The notes below the pieces were generated by a model, which saw only the letters and a program-made list of their open reading frames with translations, was not told the DNA's origin and searched no databases. A stretch of 64,000 bases of DNA from Lytechinus pictus (taxonomy: Eukaryota), in contig NC_087252.1 in the NCBI RefSeq assembly GCF_037042905.1, positions 15,626,001-15,690,000 of the forward strand, given 5' to 3'. Both the position numbers and the translations under genes were made by a program. Of the stretch, positions 51,584 to 64,000 are shown one piece after another (the stretch's first letter is position 1; every line of letters starts with the position of its first letter).

Positions 51584-52902
51584 TAATGGAATGCCACCAC
51601 CATCTGTTACCAACCAACCACCCTCACCATGTTGATCAAACCACCCTCCCTTCCTCCTGGGAGATTTATTTACTTCTAATCCCTGATAGTAAGGGGTGAT
51701 AAGTAGAGATATGGTTTTAATCTCCTGTGTGAAAACAACTTTCTGCTTGGCTCATGCGACTCTTTGTTTCTTCTTACTTTGATGTTTCCTGTCCATTCTT
51801 GGAAGTTTATCCCTGGTGCCTGTTTACTGGTATCCCTATTCTTGGTGGTGGTTAATGAATGGGGTTTAAATCCCTTTGATGATGGGGAGATAATGCTCCC
51901 CTGGGATTATCTTAATCCCCCACCTTGTGATGCTAATCCCCAATCACCTTCAAGAAAACCTGGAAAATGAATTAGGAAGTGCTTTTTGTTCTTCTGTTCA
52001 TCTTCACATAACTGTCCATGTTTATTTCTTTGGTTCTTCATCCACATGTACCAGGGAATTGCTCACAATTCTCTGGTTCGAGGCGGTACTGAATGCTGTA
52101 CAATCTCCCTAAGTGTTGCTCTGATTTGGTATGTTGGAAGGAAGAATATTGATAGGCAACTTTACAAGGCCTAATGACATTTTATCTGCAAGTAGGGTAT
52201 CATTGGTACTTGCTGTCATGCTAGCTTTGCCATTGTCATGCCCTTTATGTAATGTTCATTCTTATATTTCTACCAGGGAGTGGTTTACCATCCCTGTTTC
52301 CACTCTCTCTGCACTGAGTTTGCATGCCACATGCAGTCGTATAGTATAAGGCCTATAGGCCTATATAACTGTATATAACACAGTCATGTCATACCCAGAA
52401 GAGATCATCGCCCCTCTTGACAATCTGGTATCCTACTTCAAACCTCTCTCTTGTCCATCCTAATGAATTACTGTTAGATCCATCTACTCCAACTTAGGGG
52501 GCCCCTAACTCCAATCCTTCCGACATCGCCCAGTCAAACGAGTACAGGCTGCGACATTGTTACTTACTTAAAAAATAATTTTGGCTTCCAATTCTGATGA
52601 TGTTCAATTACCTCTTGCTCTTTGCGGCCTTTCTTGCGAACATGGCATATTAGACGTCGGTAATTTAGCTGGTCAGCTAGCACTAGAAGCCGCATGGATA
52701 ATGTTCATGTTTTATCTTTCTTGTTGAAATGCAGCACACGTGGTAAAGTCATGTAGCTCCGTGGCTCCATGTCCGTACTTCGAGGTAAAGATGGAAATAA
52801 TAATAATGACCATTAGCGCCAGGAGCGCCATCAGCATTTATACCTGCGTTCTGTAAGCTGTATTATTCATTATTAATGTTATTTGAATGCTGATAGTCCT
52901 TT

Positions 52903-53090
52903 TGTCTCTTTAAAGCCGTTTATGCAGAATTTGGAAGTTAACTTTTATCTTTGATTTGAAGAAATAATTATCAATATCAATATGTGTAGATAGTTTTTAT
53001 GTCTCTTTCAAGCAGTTAATGCAGAATTTGGAAGTTAATTTTTATCTTTGATTTGAAGAAATAATTATAAGTATCAATATGTGTAGATTA
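52903..53090. repeat. 97-bp tandem duplication
   Basis: GTCTCTTT...GCAGAATTTGGAAGTTAA...ATGTGTAGAT starts at 52904 and again at 53001. Confidence 0.9.
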
Positions 53091-56000
53091 GTCATTACTA
53101 TTTTGGGGTTTTTTAATAGCTTTGTTGCCACTGATTTTCATAAGATTTCTTTTATTTCCAAGTCTTATCTGTGGTAACAAGTTCTCTTTGATTTTTTATC
53201 AGTAGCCATAGATATTTCACATTTTACATAACATTGATCATAGCTTAGGTTATCTCCAGATTCTAGAAATAGAGGTATTGAACAACAGTATGATGTTCTA
53301 CTGCCGAAAAGTTACATAGGTCTCACTGACTGACTTGTACGTGTAAAAAGAGCTGTCTGCTCAGATCTCTATATCAAAAAAACAATTTTATTAGTATTTC
53401 AAAATATTTTTTTTGAAAGAATGGTGAAGAATCTAAGATTTTATTGTGACTCAGATATTTGCTCAGACTGTCAGTATGTCATTCTTTCAGAACTTCAAAC
53501 TTCAAAAAAAAAAGAAGAGGAAATGATTTGACGGGCGAGGTGTTGGGCATGAATGGGGAAGTTTTGTTGCTTTAGACCTGTCTTTGGTGAAGGCCCTGTA
53601 TGTGGTCAGGAAAATGTCGCCACATTTGCCACCTGATGACAATGGGAACTCGATGAAAAGACCGGTATATGTGACGGTGCATCCAAGCTGCAATATTTTG
53701 ATTGGATTGTGGCGATGGCATTGTTGGGGCGAAGAAGTGCCACATCAAGGAAGCGTGAGATCGTAAATGGGCTGGTTTAATTCTCGTGCACATAACGAGC
53801 CAGCTAGCCCGGTAGGAGGGCTAGGAAACATCAGTTCGATCGTGGATCCTTCTAAAACTCGTGGTTCAATAGCAGCATACAAGTTTATAGAATAGACGTG
53901 GGTTATCCCAAATGAAGAAAGACTTCTTCCCAGCTGGATTCTTTTTATCATGCCTGGTCTGTCGGACTCTATTCCTTCTTCATGTCACTCCATGCACTGC
54001 ATTAGAGCTGGCTGAGATGAATAATGTATTCTCAAGAGATCTGACTAATGAAGTTACTTTTTTGGTGGGAGTCTGGACTGAAGTAGAAAAAAGGTGGGGT
54101 ATTGTTTGTGTAGAAAGAATGGTGTCTCTGTATGTCTCTCATTTCTTTACTCAAGGCTCCATAATTTATTATTATTTTTTTTTTTTGGGGGGGGGAATAT
54201 TTTCAGGCCATGATTTCTCCTGGTGTTCCTAGATTTTGATCTATTTGGTACCGTATAAATAAATTCAAAAGCATGGTGTGTATCATAATTGTGTAGGCCC
54301 TTACTGGCAAATTATAAAGCCCAAATCCACAGTTTCTAAAACCAAATTTAGTCCAATTCCTTTCAAACAATTTTGAAAGGAATTTGACTTCAGTCAGTCT
54401 TGTAAGTACAATCTCCGTATAAGTTTTTTTTTAAGTACTTAAGGTCTTTTTTTAGGATGTACTTTGGTATATATTGACTTTAAAAAGTACATCCTTTTCT
54501 ACAAATGAGTGTGAAGATCTAATCAGATAATCAATGAGCTGAGGTAAAGCACTTTGCATAAAGTTTGTCTTTCAATTTCAGAGGATTAGTGATTATGTGA
54601 TGAAAATGAAATGCAAATTGCTGATGTAGGATTGTAGGATGAGAAAGAAAGAGAGAGGAGGAGATACGAGTGGCGAAGGGGGAGCATTAACCTTCAAGAA
54701 AGTACAAGAAGCAGTATTCCTATCCCAGATATCATTTGAATTAGAATCGAGAATCTGAGAAAGGTTTTTAATTAGTCCTGGCATGTTTCAATTTGTTTTT
54801 TGATGACATTAGTTTGGTCTTATCTGAATAGATTTGGTGCGGTGTACCTCATGATAGACTTGTATTTGTATATGATTTACTTGCTTTCAATTTATTTGGA
54901 ACATGTATAGTTATTATATGCATTAGATGAAGATAGGCCTTGTCCCATTGATTGGTAGAGTAAAAATATGGGGCTTATAGTCCCTATGTGTTATTTTTTT
55001 TTAATTAAGAGATATTTATACCCCTGCCAAGTGAGGTTCAAAGGGGTAGTATGCACAAAAGAATTGAGAGTATGTTCCGCCATTGGTCAGTCCGATGATT
55101 AAGTTGCAGCTTGAAGGTCTATTGAAAAAAAATTTAAGGCCTATTTGAATTGAGCCTATCTTTTCTTCACTCACATCAATTAAAAGTTTTGGAGGGAAAG
55201 TGATATTCAAACCCCTTTATTGTAGAAGAAATGAAATTTAATATTTTACTCTGTATGGCATTAATTCCTGTTATTCTTGTTGAATGAACAATTACCTGTA
55301 GTTCATTTGAAGGAAACTAGAAATATATCAAGGTAAAATAATTTAGACAATGATTACATGTTGTGGTCACAATATACTGACATTTTTTATCCCCAAGCTT
55401 GAGTTGAGGGGATAGCTGAAAATATTTGTTGGGAAACAAGAGTGGAAATTTAAGAAAAAGAGGAAGAGGAAAAGTCAACTGAATCTTTTCAAGGCTTGCC
55501 CAAGTCTCCTACATTCCTTGGGTTAATTGAAAGTGAAAAGAAAGTGATTTTGAATCCTTGCAGAATGGCATAGAGGGAATCATAAGTGCTCCCCCAAGAT
55601 TCGATCCAGACTCTTTTACTGCGGATTCTGGAGGATTTCATTGGGCAGTGCATAGTCTTTCACTGGCTGGAGTAATGCTCCTTTATTCACCTCGCATCAT
55701 AAGAGTCAACTTTTATTCAATTTTTCCCCCTCTTTCTTTCTAAACGCCCCCGAATGGCATAATCACCTGAAATATTTGCCCCTTGAAGATAACCGAAATA
55801 TATAGCAGTTTTACCGAGTAGGCGGTCCAGTGGCGACTTAAAAAAGAGCAACATTGTGTCAAATTATCTGGTCTTTATTCACGAAGCCATCCCATCGGTT
55901 CCATTTCATTGACTTTAAAGAGCACTTCTGAAGAGATCCAGAAGTCTTATGTTTTTTTCTATTTTCAGCAGTAATGGCAAAATTTCCTTTCATAAAAGTT

Positions 56001-56799
56001 TTTTTCTCGATCAAACAAAGGAAAATTGAACGGAGAGAGTTGGCAGGGCCCTAGGAGACATGGGAAAGGAATATTGAACGCAAGAGATTTTCTTTATGAA
56101 GTCTTAAAATATACATTGTGTCTACTTAACTAGCCTGTTTTGACATTTATTTATTTCTTTGTGTGAAGAAACTGTAAAACTCACTCAGAACGATTTGTAG
56201 CACAATAGTTTTCGGTATTATGTCCGACTTGAAACATGTTTGAAAACGTTTTCAGAAAGAATACTGGATAGAGTTTGGAAAAGCTTTATTGTGTGGTTGT
56301 CGAAGATAGAAGGTTCTCGAGAAAAAAATCTAATTCTCATGAATATATGCATTTTGTGTTCTCCCTTCAGTATGAGCAAGAGCCAAACATTCTTTCAGGT
56401 AGAATGCGCCTTATTGCCCATCATTTTAGTTTGAAAAAAATTGAGAAGAAAGAGTAATTGATTGTATAATTGCACATTGCCTTGCTGCTGCGCTAATTTG
56501 CAACTGCACATGGTGTAACAAGTGATGTACATGATCATGTATCAAAGTCATGTTCAATGAAGTTGATGATTTGATCTTGAAACCTAGGCCTTATCTCATT
56601 CCTCTGGAATGTTTTTTTGTTCTTTTATTTTCTCTCGTTCATTTTTTCTCTGACTGAAATGAATACTGTATGCAGGAAGCATACAAGAATTAACAAAATT
56701 AAAAAGAAAACACAGATTTTCATGCCAACGTATTTGAATTCGGAAAATTATTTGAATAAGAAAAAATACAGGAAAAAATTGTTATACCCCTGCTCCAGA

Positions 56800-57036
56800 A
56801 AGAAGAAATAAAATATTACTCTGAACCATTCAAAATTGACATTAATACATTTTGTATTACATAATATATGCTGCTGCTTATTTTTTTATGATGACACAAA
56901 TAACAAACTACAAAATCTATGAACATTCTCAATCTTTGATGGATTTCCCTCAAACCTTCACTAATATTTTCTTAATTGTTTTTTTTTCCTGGTATTTTTA
57001 CAACAAACTTTTCTCCAGGGTGAACTTCCCCTTTAA
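56800..57036. mobile_element. Right-end fragment of the GTTCACCCTGA Kolobok-like family (left boundary approximate)
   Basis: CAAACCTTCACTAATATTTT...CAGGGTGAACTTCCCCT-TTAA matches the end of the 1194-1668 copy. Confidence 0.6.
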
Positions 57037-57297
57037 GAATGCCCCACCCATGCGAGACTTGATAACAGTGATGCCCTAATTGAGTATGTAAAGAGAGAAT
57101 AGTGCTTCGTGTGTGCCTTCTAATTAGGAAACTAAACAATTACTGTTTCCTCGCCCCCATCACAAGAACCATTGTCCTACATATCACACCCCAGGTCTTT
57201 GTTCCTTTCAGTTTCTCCACTTTCAATAAATACCCTCTCTTGTTATGATGGCGTTCCACACTACACATTAAAAAGTAAAGCGCTGTTCAAAGTTGTA

Positions 57298-57533
57298 CAC
57301 TGTGAAAACTGTGGTGTTAAAACTGACACCAGTCAGTGTTAATAGAGGACCACACCCTGAGGTGTTAGACTTACACCCTAGAGATTGATTACAACACCAA
57401 AGAGTGTTGAAGTACCAACCAAAGGTGTGATAACACCAATATGTGTTACACAAAGAATTAACACCAAAGTAAAATGAGTGATGTCATCATCTATGCAGCC
57501 TACACCAAACAGTGCCACGGTTCTTTTCCTGTA
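57298..57533. mobile_element. ACACC/GGTGT-repeat MITE, inverted copy
   Basis: TA-CACTGTGAAAACTGTGGTGTTAAAACTGACACCAGT...AGAGGACCACACCC. Confidence 0.8.
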
Positions 57534-59909
57534 GACAAGTAGCAATAGTGGCCTGACTGGAGATGCACACTCAGAAAAGATAAAAGGGTGGTTAATGCTC
57601 CAAATGTTGATTCGAATGGGATTTCTTTTTCAATCAACAACAGGTTGGTTACTAGGACTGATGTAGGCTTACTTTAAACATTTCTAAAACTTTTATATAG
57701 CGTGTGCCAGGCTTATGATTCGAGTCTGTTCCACAGTATTGATGATCAATAGTAGTCCTGTCTTTGTTTTAAGAAACGGGCCTATACACTGTAGTACATT
57801 AAAAATGTACCAGATGATTAAGTTTAAAGATTTTCTCATAAAGTCAGTGTTAGTTTGGTTTTAATCTCTCTACTGCTCGCTTTGGAATACCTTCTTGAGC
57901 TGGTGCTTTCCGAGGCGGCTGGTTCGTACTGGCTCGCAAAGGCTTTCTCATGAAATCACCAGTTTGGTTTTAATCCCTCGACGGCCCTCTTAGCAACACC
58001 TTCTTCCTCGCCTCATCCACGTCTCATTCATTATCACCCTCTTATTGTTGATACCTGTTTGCTCGGCAAATAGAAACAGGTTGGAATTATAAGGGTGTAG
58101 ATTTTTTCCACACAAAGCGTTTAGTTGAACAAATAGTGTAAGGAACTCGCCGAGACCAATTGAGACTATACTAGAGGCAAGATGGGGCTGGTTTTTTTAA
58201 AATCCTCCAGAGGAATGTTGTTGAGAATGGACGAGATCATCAAACCCCGAAAATGAGTTTGCATAATTTTAGGCAATGAAAGGGGTAAAGGCCTAATTAT
58301 TGAATGAAATGGATTGGAAAGGAAGGAAGGAAGGAAGGAAGAAAGAAAATATACTGAAGCCTTCCACTGAAAAAAATGATTTCATGGAAAGTGTATAATA
58401 AATAAATGTTTTTCCTTTTCTTACTTACATTCTCTGTTCCAATACGGGGGGGGGGGGGGGTCACATATTAAAAGAGCTTTTTTACTTGTAGCATTCTAAT
58501 TAAGTACAGATGTCATGCAAGTGTTTTACTTGAATGATAACATTGGCTGTGATAGTGAGTTATTGAGTAAAAAAAACCCATTAAGTACAGGTCGCCTGCC
58601 TACATGTACTTATTGACAGAATGTCTGATAAAGTGATGATTGATCCTGTATTGCTTCGAAAACAACAAAATGCAAATATTTAAGGATCATGCTCAAGTAG
58701 GGAAATAAAACTAGATGTAGTGGAGTGTGAACACTGAGTGGGAGAGAGCAAGAGAGATAGAGAGAGAGGGGATTTGGGATAAAATAAGAAGACTGAAATA
58801 TGAAAGATGTTATTTTATAATCATATGTAATGTAAATGATGAAATGACTGTTGCATGAGCTTGTCATTGCTATAACAGCCATTTGTGATTTAATTAAGAC
58901 CTTGTACTTCGTCTAATCTACAAAAATCTAAACATTTTTTATGACAGAATTCATAAGATAAAGTGAGCGTCTGATGAACGTTGACTGTTGTGAGCTACTT
59001 TGCACTTTGCCGGTGTTATAAAACTCCTTAGTGAAAAATAGCAACACTTTCTTTATACTTAATCTGAGTTTGATGAAACTTTTAGCACTATACTTTTGCG
59101 CATCTTTATTAATTTCAAATCAAATTCTTGTCAACTTCAAATTTTTCATCCTGTCACGTCCTGCCCATCTCTGTTTTTTCCAATTGTTATAAAAGATTAG
59201 TGAAAGTGATGGTAGTACTGATTATGAACTGGAAATGGCATTCAATTTTCAGTCAACTAGGCAGTACCAACAATAAGGGGGCCCAGCTGGTGTCAAGAAA
59301 AGCTCCCCCGGGAGACCAAAATATCTTCACAGAATGTGGATCATGATGAAGATAGACCTCCCTTCCTCACAGGCAAAAAAACCTTTTTTTTCCGGAAGCT
59401 ACTTTTCATAACTTAAGCCTAAAATCTGCAGCATTGGATAAGCTTTAACATTGCGATGAATGAGGATTTATTTCCAGGGCTCAGTGTATTTTAGTTTCCA
59501 GCGCTCTTTTGAGCATTTCGGGGGCTACATCGCCCCCAGCCCCCGTGTAATTTATTCCCTGCTTCTCCACGTTCCTTTGACAAGACCTTGTCATTCACTT
59601 GATTCACAGACTAATTAATAATCAGCTCTTGATCACCTTCATCAACATAACTTCTCACTCAACAAGATTTGCATCTCGACCACAACCAGGAGTCCATGCC
59701 CAAATAAGTCTTCCCATTCCTATTGTGTGGACTCAATTACCTGTGGTGTTCTGAACTTAAATAGAGTTTAAAAGTAGCTCAAAGCTCTTTGTTGTTTGTG
59801 GTCAAGAGTATTTGATTACACCTTGCTTTTGTAAATGCACGGTCCAGCTGTATGCTAATTATTCGTCCACAGAAAGACTTCGCCAAAATCATGTTGGGTC
59901 AAATGATAC

Positions 59910-60092
59910 CACACTCAGAATTGTTGTTAACCAGCCCAACAGTTGGTTTTAATAGGAATAGACCTGCTGTTGGTGAAAAAAAATCCCAATTCATTTTGCA
60001 TTAAATTTTGTGTTGAGCATCATTTGGTTCTGGTCACTTCATATTAAACTCAAGTCGTACTGTCGTAGGTTGGTTGAAAAATTCTGAGAGTG
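59910..60092. mobile_element. CACTCTCAGA-family MITE
   Basis: CACACTCAGAATT / AATTCTGAGAGTG termini. Confidence 0.7.
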
Positions 60093-60138
60093 CAATGTGT
60101 CTCTTGATAATTTTGCAGTTTAAATGCCGGTAACAAAA

Positions 60139-60614
60139 GGTGGTTTCAAACCGCCTCGATCACAAGAATCCCCGTTAAATTACGAGAACTTTTTTAGGCT
60201 GAAAAATACCCATTAATTATTCCTGCATTCACACCGCCCTGAAACATACCCTTCGGGATAAGTTCCTGAAGTTACGAGCATGCGCAGTATGGTCTGATAA
60301 GCAGCAAGGCGCGAAATTCAAAATCACTAGCCCAGCAGCAACCCATGCACGGCGCCGCACCCAACGACACGCTGGGCTAAAAGTTCCCGTAATTTGCTTT
60401 CAGACCGCCAAAATACCCACGACCTTGGAAAAATCCCCGCGAAAGTTCTCGTAATTTCGCCAAGTACCTACTATTTATCGGGTATTTTCTTTCGGGGATA
60501 TTACGCGTAGTTTGCTTTCAGACCGCCAAAATACCTGGTATTTTCTGATCGGGGTAAATTTCCCGATCAGAGAATACCTGGAACTGGCGAACTTCGAGGC
60601 GGTCTGAAACCACC
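60139..60614. mobile_element. Young ~475-bp MITE, copy C (inverted)
   Basis: Reverse complement of copies A and B along its full length. Confidence 0.95.
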
Positions 60615-60957
60615 TATTGAGGCTTTGGATATTGGTTATTGAATGTATTGGCAGGAATTTCATGCAATTTTCTGGATGTCGCATTCTTAGGCTTAGGTTT
60701 AAGGTCAGAGGTTGTTTTAGTTCATATCGTCAAGTTGGCTGCAAACACTGTTTGAACGTCGAATACTGACCGCAACCAGATTTGAGATTGATGCATTGGT
60801 TGAACTTTTAATTTCATGTTGTTGTGATGTAGGAGGTCAAATGTTTAGGTCAAAGGTCATCTGAGGTTATTCATGTAGGCCTGCACGATAATTACCCTGC
60901 AAGACTCTTTCGGCTGAGATGTACATGTAGAATGGCTATGGATAACATCGGTGGGTA

Positions 60958-61198
60958 CACAGCAGTAGTGTTAACCAGTGTATAGAGACCACACCAGTCA
61001 CTATAGTATACTCTGGTGTTGAATTTACAGTGTAAGTGTAGTTCAACACACATGGGTGTTATTACAACACCTTTGCTTGTTATTGACTTGTACATGTAGA
61101 TGTTATGTTCAATCTGTAGGATGTAATTTAACACCTCAGGGTGTGGTCCCCCGGGACACCAAACTGGTGTCATTTTTAACACCCAAGTTTTTCCTGTG
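60958..61198. mobile_element. ACACC/GGTGT-repeat MITE copy
   Basis: GGGTGTTATTACAACACCTTTGCTTGTTATTGACTTG closely matches 37628-37664. Confidence 0.8.
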
Positions 61199-61973
61199 TG
61201 ATGCACGTTACATCCAATGCCTGGTTTGTTGATGAAAAGCATTTTGCCTTCGCTTCTTTACCGACACTTCCAGAGCAAGGAAACAATGGCATGCCTTTTT
61301 AAAGTGATCTGACCTTAGCGGTCTTGACAAGATTAAAAATGATTTGTTGCGTCCCTGAGCAGTAATACCATATTGATCAGTATTTTTTTTTCTAATTCCT
61401 TTTCACTTGGCATCACAACATTTTACAGGAATCACAACAACTTGGTGTAATAGTATTAAACGAGGATCAGAGGAGTAATCTCCGGGTAGTTACCTGGTTT
61501 CGCAGCTTTACATGATTGCATTTGAGAGGATTTGCATGGTTAGGAATCTCTCTGGTCAGAGATTCAGTAAAAAAAACATGATTGAGTAGTCAGGTCAGTT
61601 GCTTGAAGCGGTATCTCCTGCAGTCAGGATTGTGACAGAATCCTGTATGTTTTCAATGTTTGTCTGATTCTGTCAAATTTCATACTATTAAAAACAGAAA
61701 CATTTTAATACACAATTCATCATTTAATTATCACAGTTTACCTCATAACATGTCAACCCCTTGCTATAATGGTTACTTTTCGGCACAACCATAGTTTTAG
61801 TTGAGTTTTGCGAAAAAATTAAATAGTCTTCTTGAGAATGTACAAGACCTTGTTCTCATCAACTTTCTTGAACTGGTTGAGAGGAATCCAGTATAATGTT
61901 TAATGGGAACGCTCGAAACAGTCTTAGAAGAATCTGATATTACTTCAGAAAGTGTAGTCTAGAGCACCTTGTA

Positions 61974-62403
61974 CTCAGCAAAAGCTGTGGTGTTGATTGG
62001 CGTACATAGAGTATCAACCTAGGGAGCGTTTCATCAATATTTTCATCCGACAAGTTGTCAGATCTGACATCTTTCCCTTATTTTGATTGGCCGAGAGGCA
62101 CTGTTCCCATGGTAACTGTCGGATAAAATGGGACTTGTCGGATAAAACGTCCGACAAGTCCTTTCATGAAACACCCCCCAGGTCATTTTACTCTGGCGTT
62201 AAATTTTTGGTGCTGGTTCAACAACTACATATGGATCTTAACAGGGGGCACAACCATATATGGATGTTATTACAACATCTTTGGTTGGTGCTTTTACACT
62301 CTTTGGTGTTGTGTTCAATCTCTAGGGTGTAATTCTAACACCTCAGGTTGTGGTGCTCTAGTGGCACCATGGTGTTAATTTTAACACCCGAGTCTTTACA
62401 GTG
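61974..62403. mobile_element. ACACC/GGTGT-repeat MITE interrupted by the 62022 MITE
   Basis: TA-CTCAGCAAAAGCTGTGGTGTTGATTGG ... TTTACAGTG-TA. Confidence 0.8.
62022..62178. mobile_element. 157-bp PIF/Harbinger-like MITE (TCCGACAAG family) nested in another MITE
   Basis: GGGAGCGTTTCATCAA / TTCATGAAACACCCCC; flanks CTA/CAG; relatives at 14790-14915 and 20063-20582. Confidence 0.85.
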
Positions 62404-63561
62404 TACATGTATATACACAGTCTGTATCATAGATGCCAAATTCATTAATCAATCCTTCACCCTTTAATATAATAAGAACTTTCTCACACCCAGCTTTCCC
62501 CTCGTATTCTCACTATACCTTCCCACTTTCCCTTCTCTCTTTCTTTAGTACTTTGTACTTTTATTTCAAGCCAAACTCAAGAGTTTTCAACGAACTGTTG
62601 AGGGTTACAATAGAATGCTGCATTACCCGATTCTTATATTTCACCCCAGCTACGAGCAAATTGTTACTGATCGCTCCACAAAAACACTCCAACAAAACTA
62701 AGATTATCGAAACTTGATATGTAATTTTTCTTGCCCCAAACCCCAACGTCTTTTGTGATCTTTTTTCCCCCTTTCTCATTTGGGCCTTGCCTCCCGAGCA
62801 TGTATTTTGCTTTGGACCGTGTCGCGCTGTACCCTGCATGGGAGCGCAGGGAGGGCACGCATGTCTTGTTAGAGCGTAACCGACACCAATTATAATATGG
62901 GATACGTGGCAAACTATACAAATTTGGGGCCCAAATGCACGATACATGATATTTGAGAACAAAAAACTGACGTCCGGCCGACACACACGCCATGATGTTC
63001 ATTTATGTTCTCATTTGGACGACTTCTTACAAAGTACTTTGGCATTTTACACGCTAAAAGAAATCATTGTTACTTTCCCCTGTTAATGTTTAATTGAAAA
63101 GTAGTGGAAACATGTACACTGCTTGGGGTTATAAGATGTAATGTACTTACAATATAGGTTAATTACAAAGTAATGTAATTACATAGAGAGAAAGGGGGGG
63201 GGGGTGGGGTAGTACATTGGTTCATAATCATTCCAGTCATTGATATTATTCAAGCCTTGTAGTCTTAATTTAAATGATTGATTGATAACTTGATCAAGAA
63301 TGGTTGCATGCAAGGTAATAGAGATAAATTAACAATGCTTGTTTTTCTATGCTTATTTTTACAAAATATGCAAATTAGTTCAAAAGAAATACCATTTTGA
63401 TTTGGGGAAAACTTTTTTGGTTTTCTGTTATGCCATTTTTTTTTTTTTAGTTTGGTCTATTTTAGCTGGAATCTGTTAATAAATTGGTAAGACTAAGACT
63501 TATTTAGATTAAAAACATAATATTCTTTCCAACCCAGTTTTGAAAGCTAATTCTTTTTTAA

Positions 63562-64000
63562 AGGACAAGTCCAACCCAACAAAAAATTGATTTGAATAAA
63601 AAGAGAAAAATCCAACAAGCACAGCACTGAAAATTTCATCAAAATTGGATGTAAAATAAGAAAGTTATGACATTTTAAAGTTTCGCTTAATTTCACAAAA
63701 CAGTTATATGCACATCCTGGTTGGTATGCAAATGAGGAGACTATGACGTCATCCACTCACTATTTCTTTTGTATTTTATTATGTGAAATATGAAATATTC
63801 TAATTATCTTCTCATTGTCAAGTCAAACAGTGATTAATTCCTCCCTGAACATGTGGAATTAGCATTGTTTAATACTAGATGATTCAGTAAAGTCGGTCCC
63901 TATATTGTCACATCTGTATAAAATGAAATATTGTATAATTCAAACAATAAAAAACAAAAGAAATAGTGAGTGATGGACATCATCGACTGACTCATTTGCA
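63562..64000. mobile_element. Second copy of the ~600-bp Kolobok-like MITE, opposite orientation, running off the window end
   Basis: TTAA-AGGACAAGTCCAACCC start; matches the reverse complement of the 49298 end. Confidence 0.9.

Noticed and set aside
62561..63002. Overlapping 141-aa and 112-aa minus-strand ORFs
   Set aside because: No recognisable homology or splice context; more likely non-coding unique sequence.
1..64000. ORFs in the supplied six-frame track
   Set aside because: All are 146 aa or shorter, many start at non-ATG codons, none shows a recognisable domain, and many overlap repeats or low-complexity DNA.

Overview
AT-rich eukaryotic (animal) genomic DNA with no long ORF, operon, rRNA gene or CRISPR array. 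The repeat style suggests an echinoderm such as a sea urchin (inference, not checked against a database). Most of the window is intron-like sequence full of non-autonomous DNA transposons (MITEs) from several superfamilies, distinguishable by termini and target-site duplications (TSDs): TTAA Kolobok-like, 8-bp hAT-like, TWA/CWG PIF-Harbinger-like and 2-bp CAC...GTG EnSpm-like. It also holds tRNA-derived SINEs, minisatellites and local tandem duplications. The only credible coding feature is a 55-nt first coding exon on the + strand (45914-45968) encoding a signal-peptide-like MAFGLSFIFQWIILVQFI and ending at a phase-1 donor. The most notable observations are: (1) four 17-28 bp CATG...CATG micro-insertions, each between 7-bp direct repeats, resembling P/Galileo-type excision scars; (2) an excess of TACATGTA and TAGGCCTA octamers that look like footprints, one visibly inserted into a MITE copy; (3) three near-identical young copies of a ~475-bp MITE; (4) several nested insertions; (5) a candidate recursive splice site at 23199-23206.
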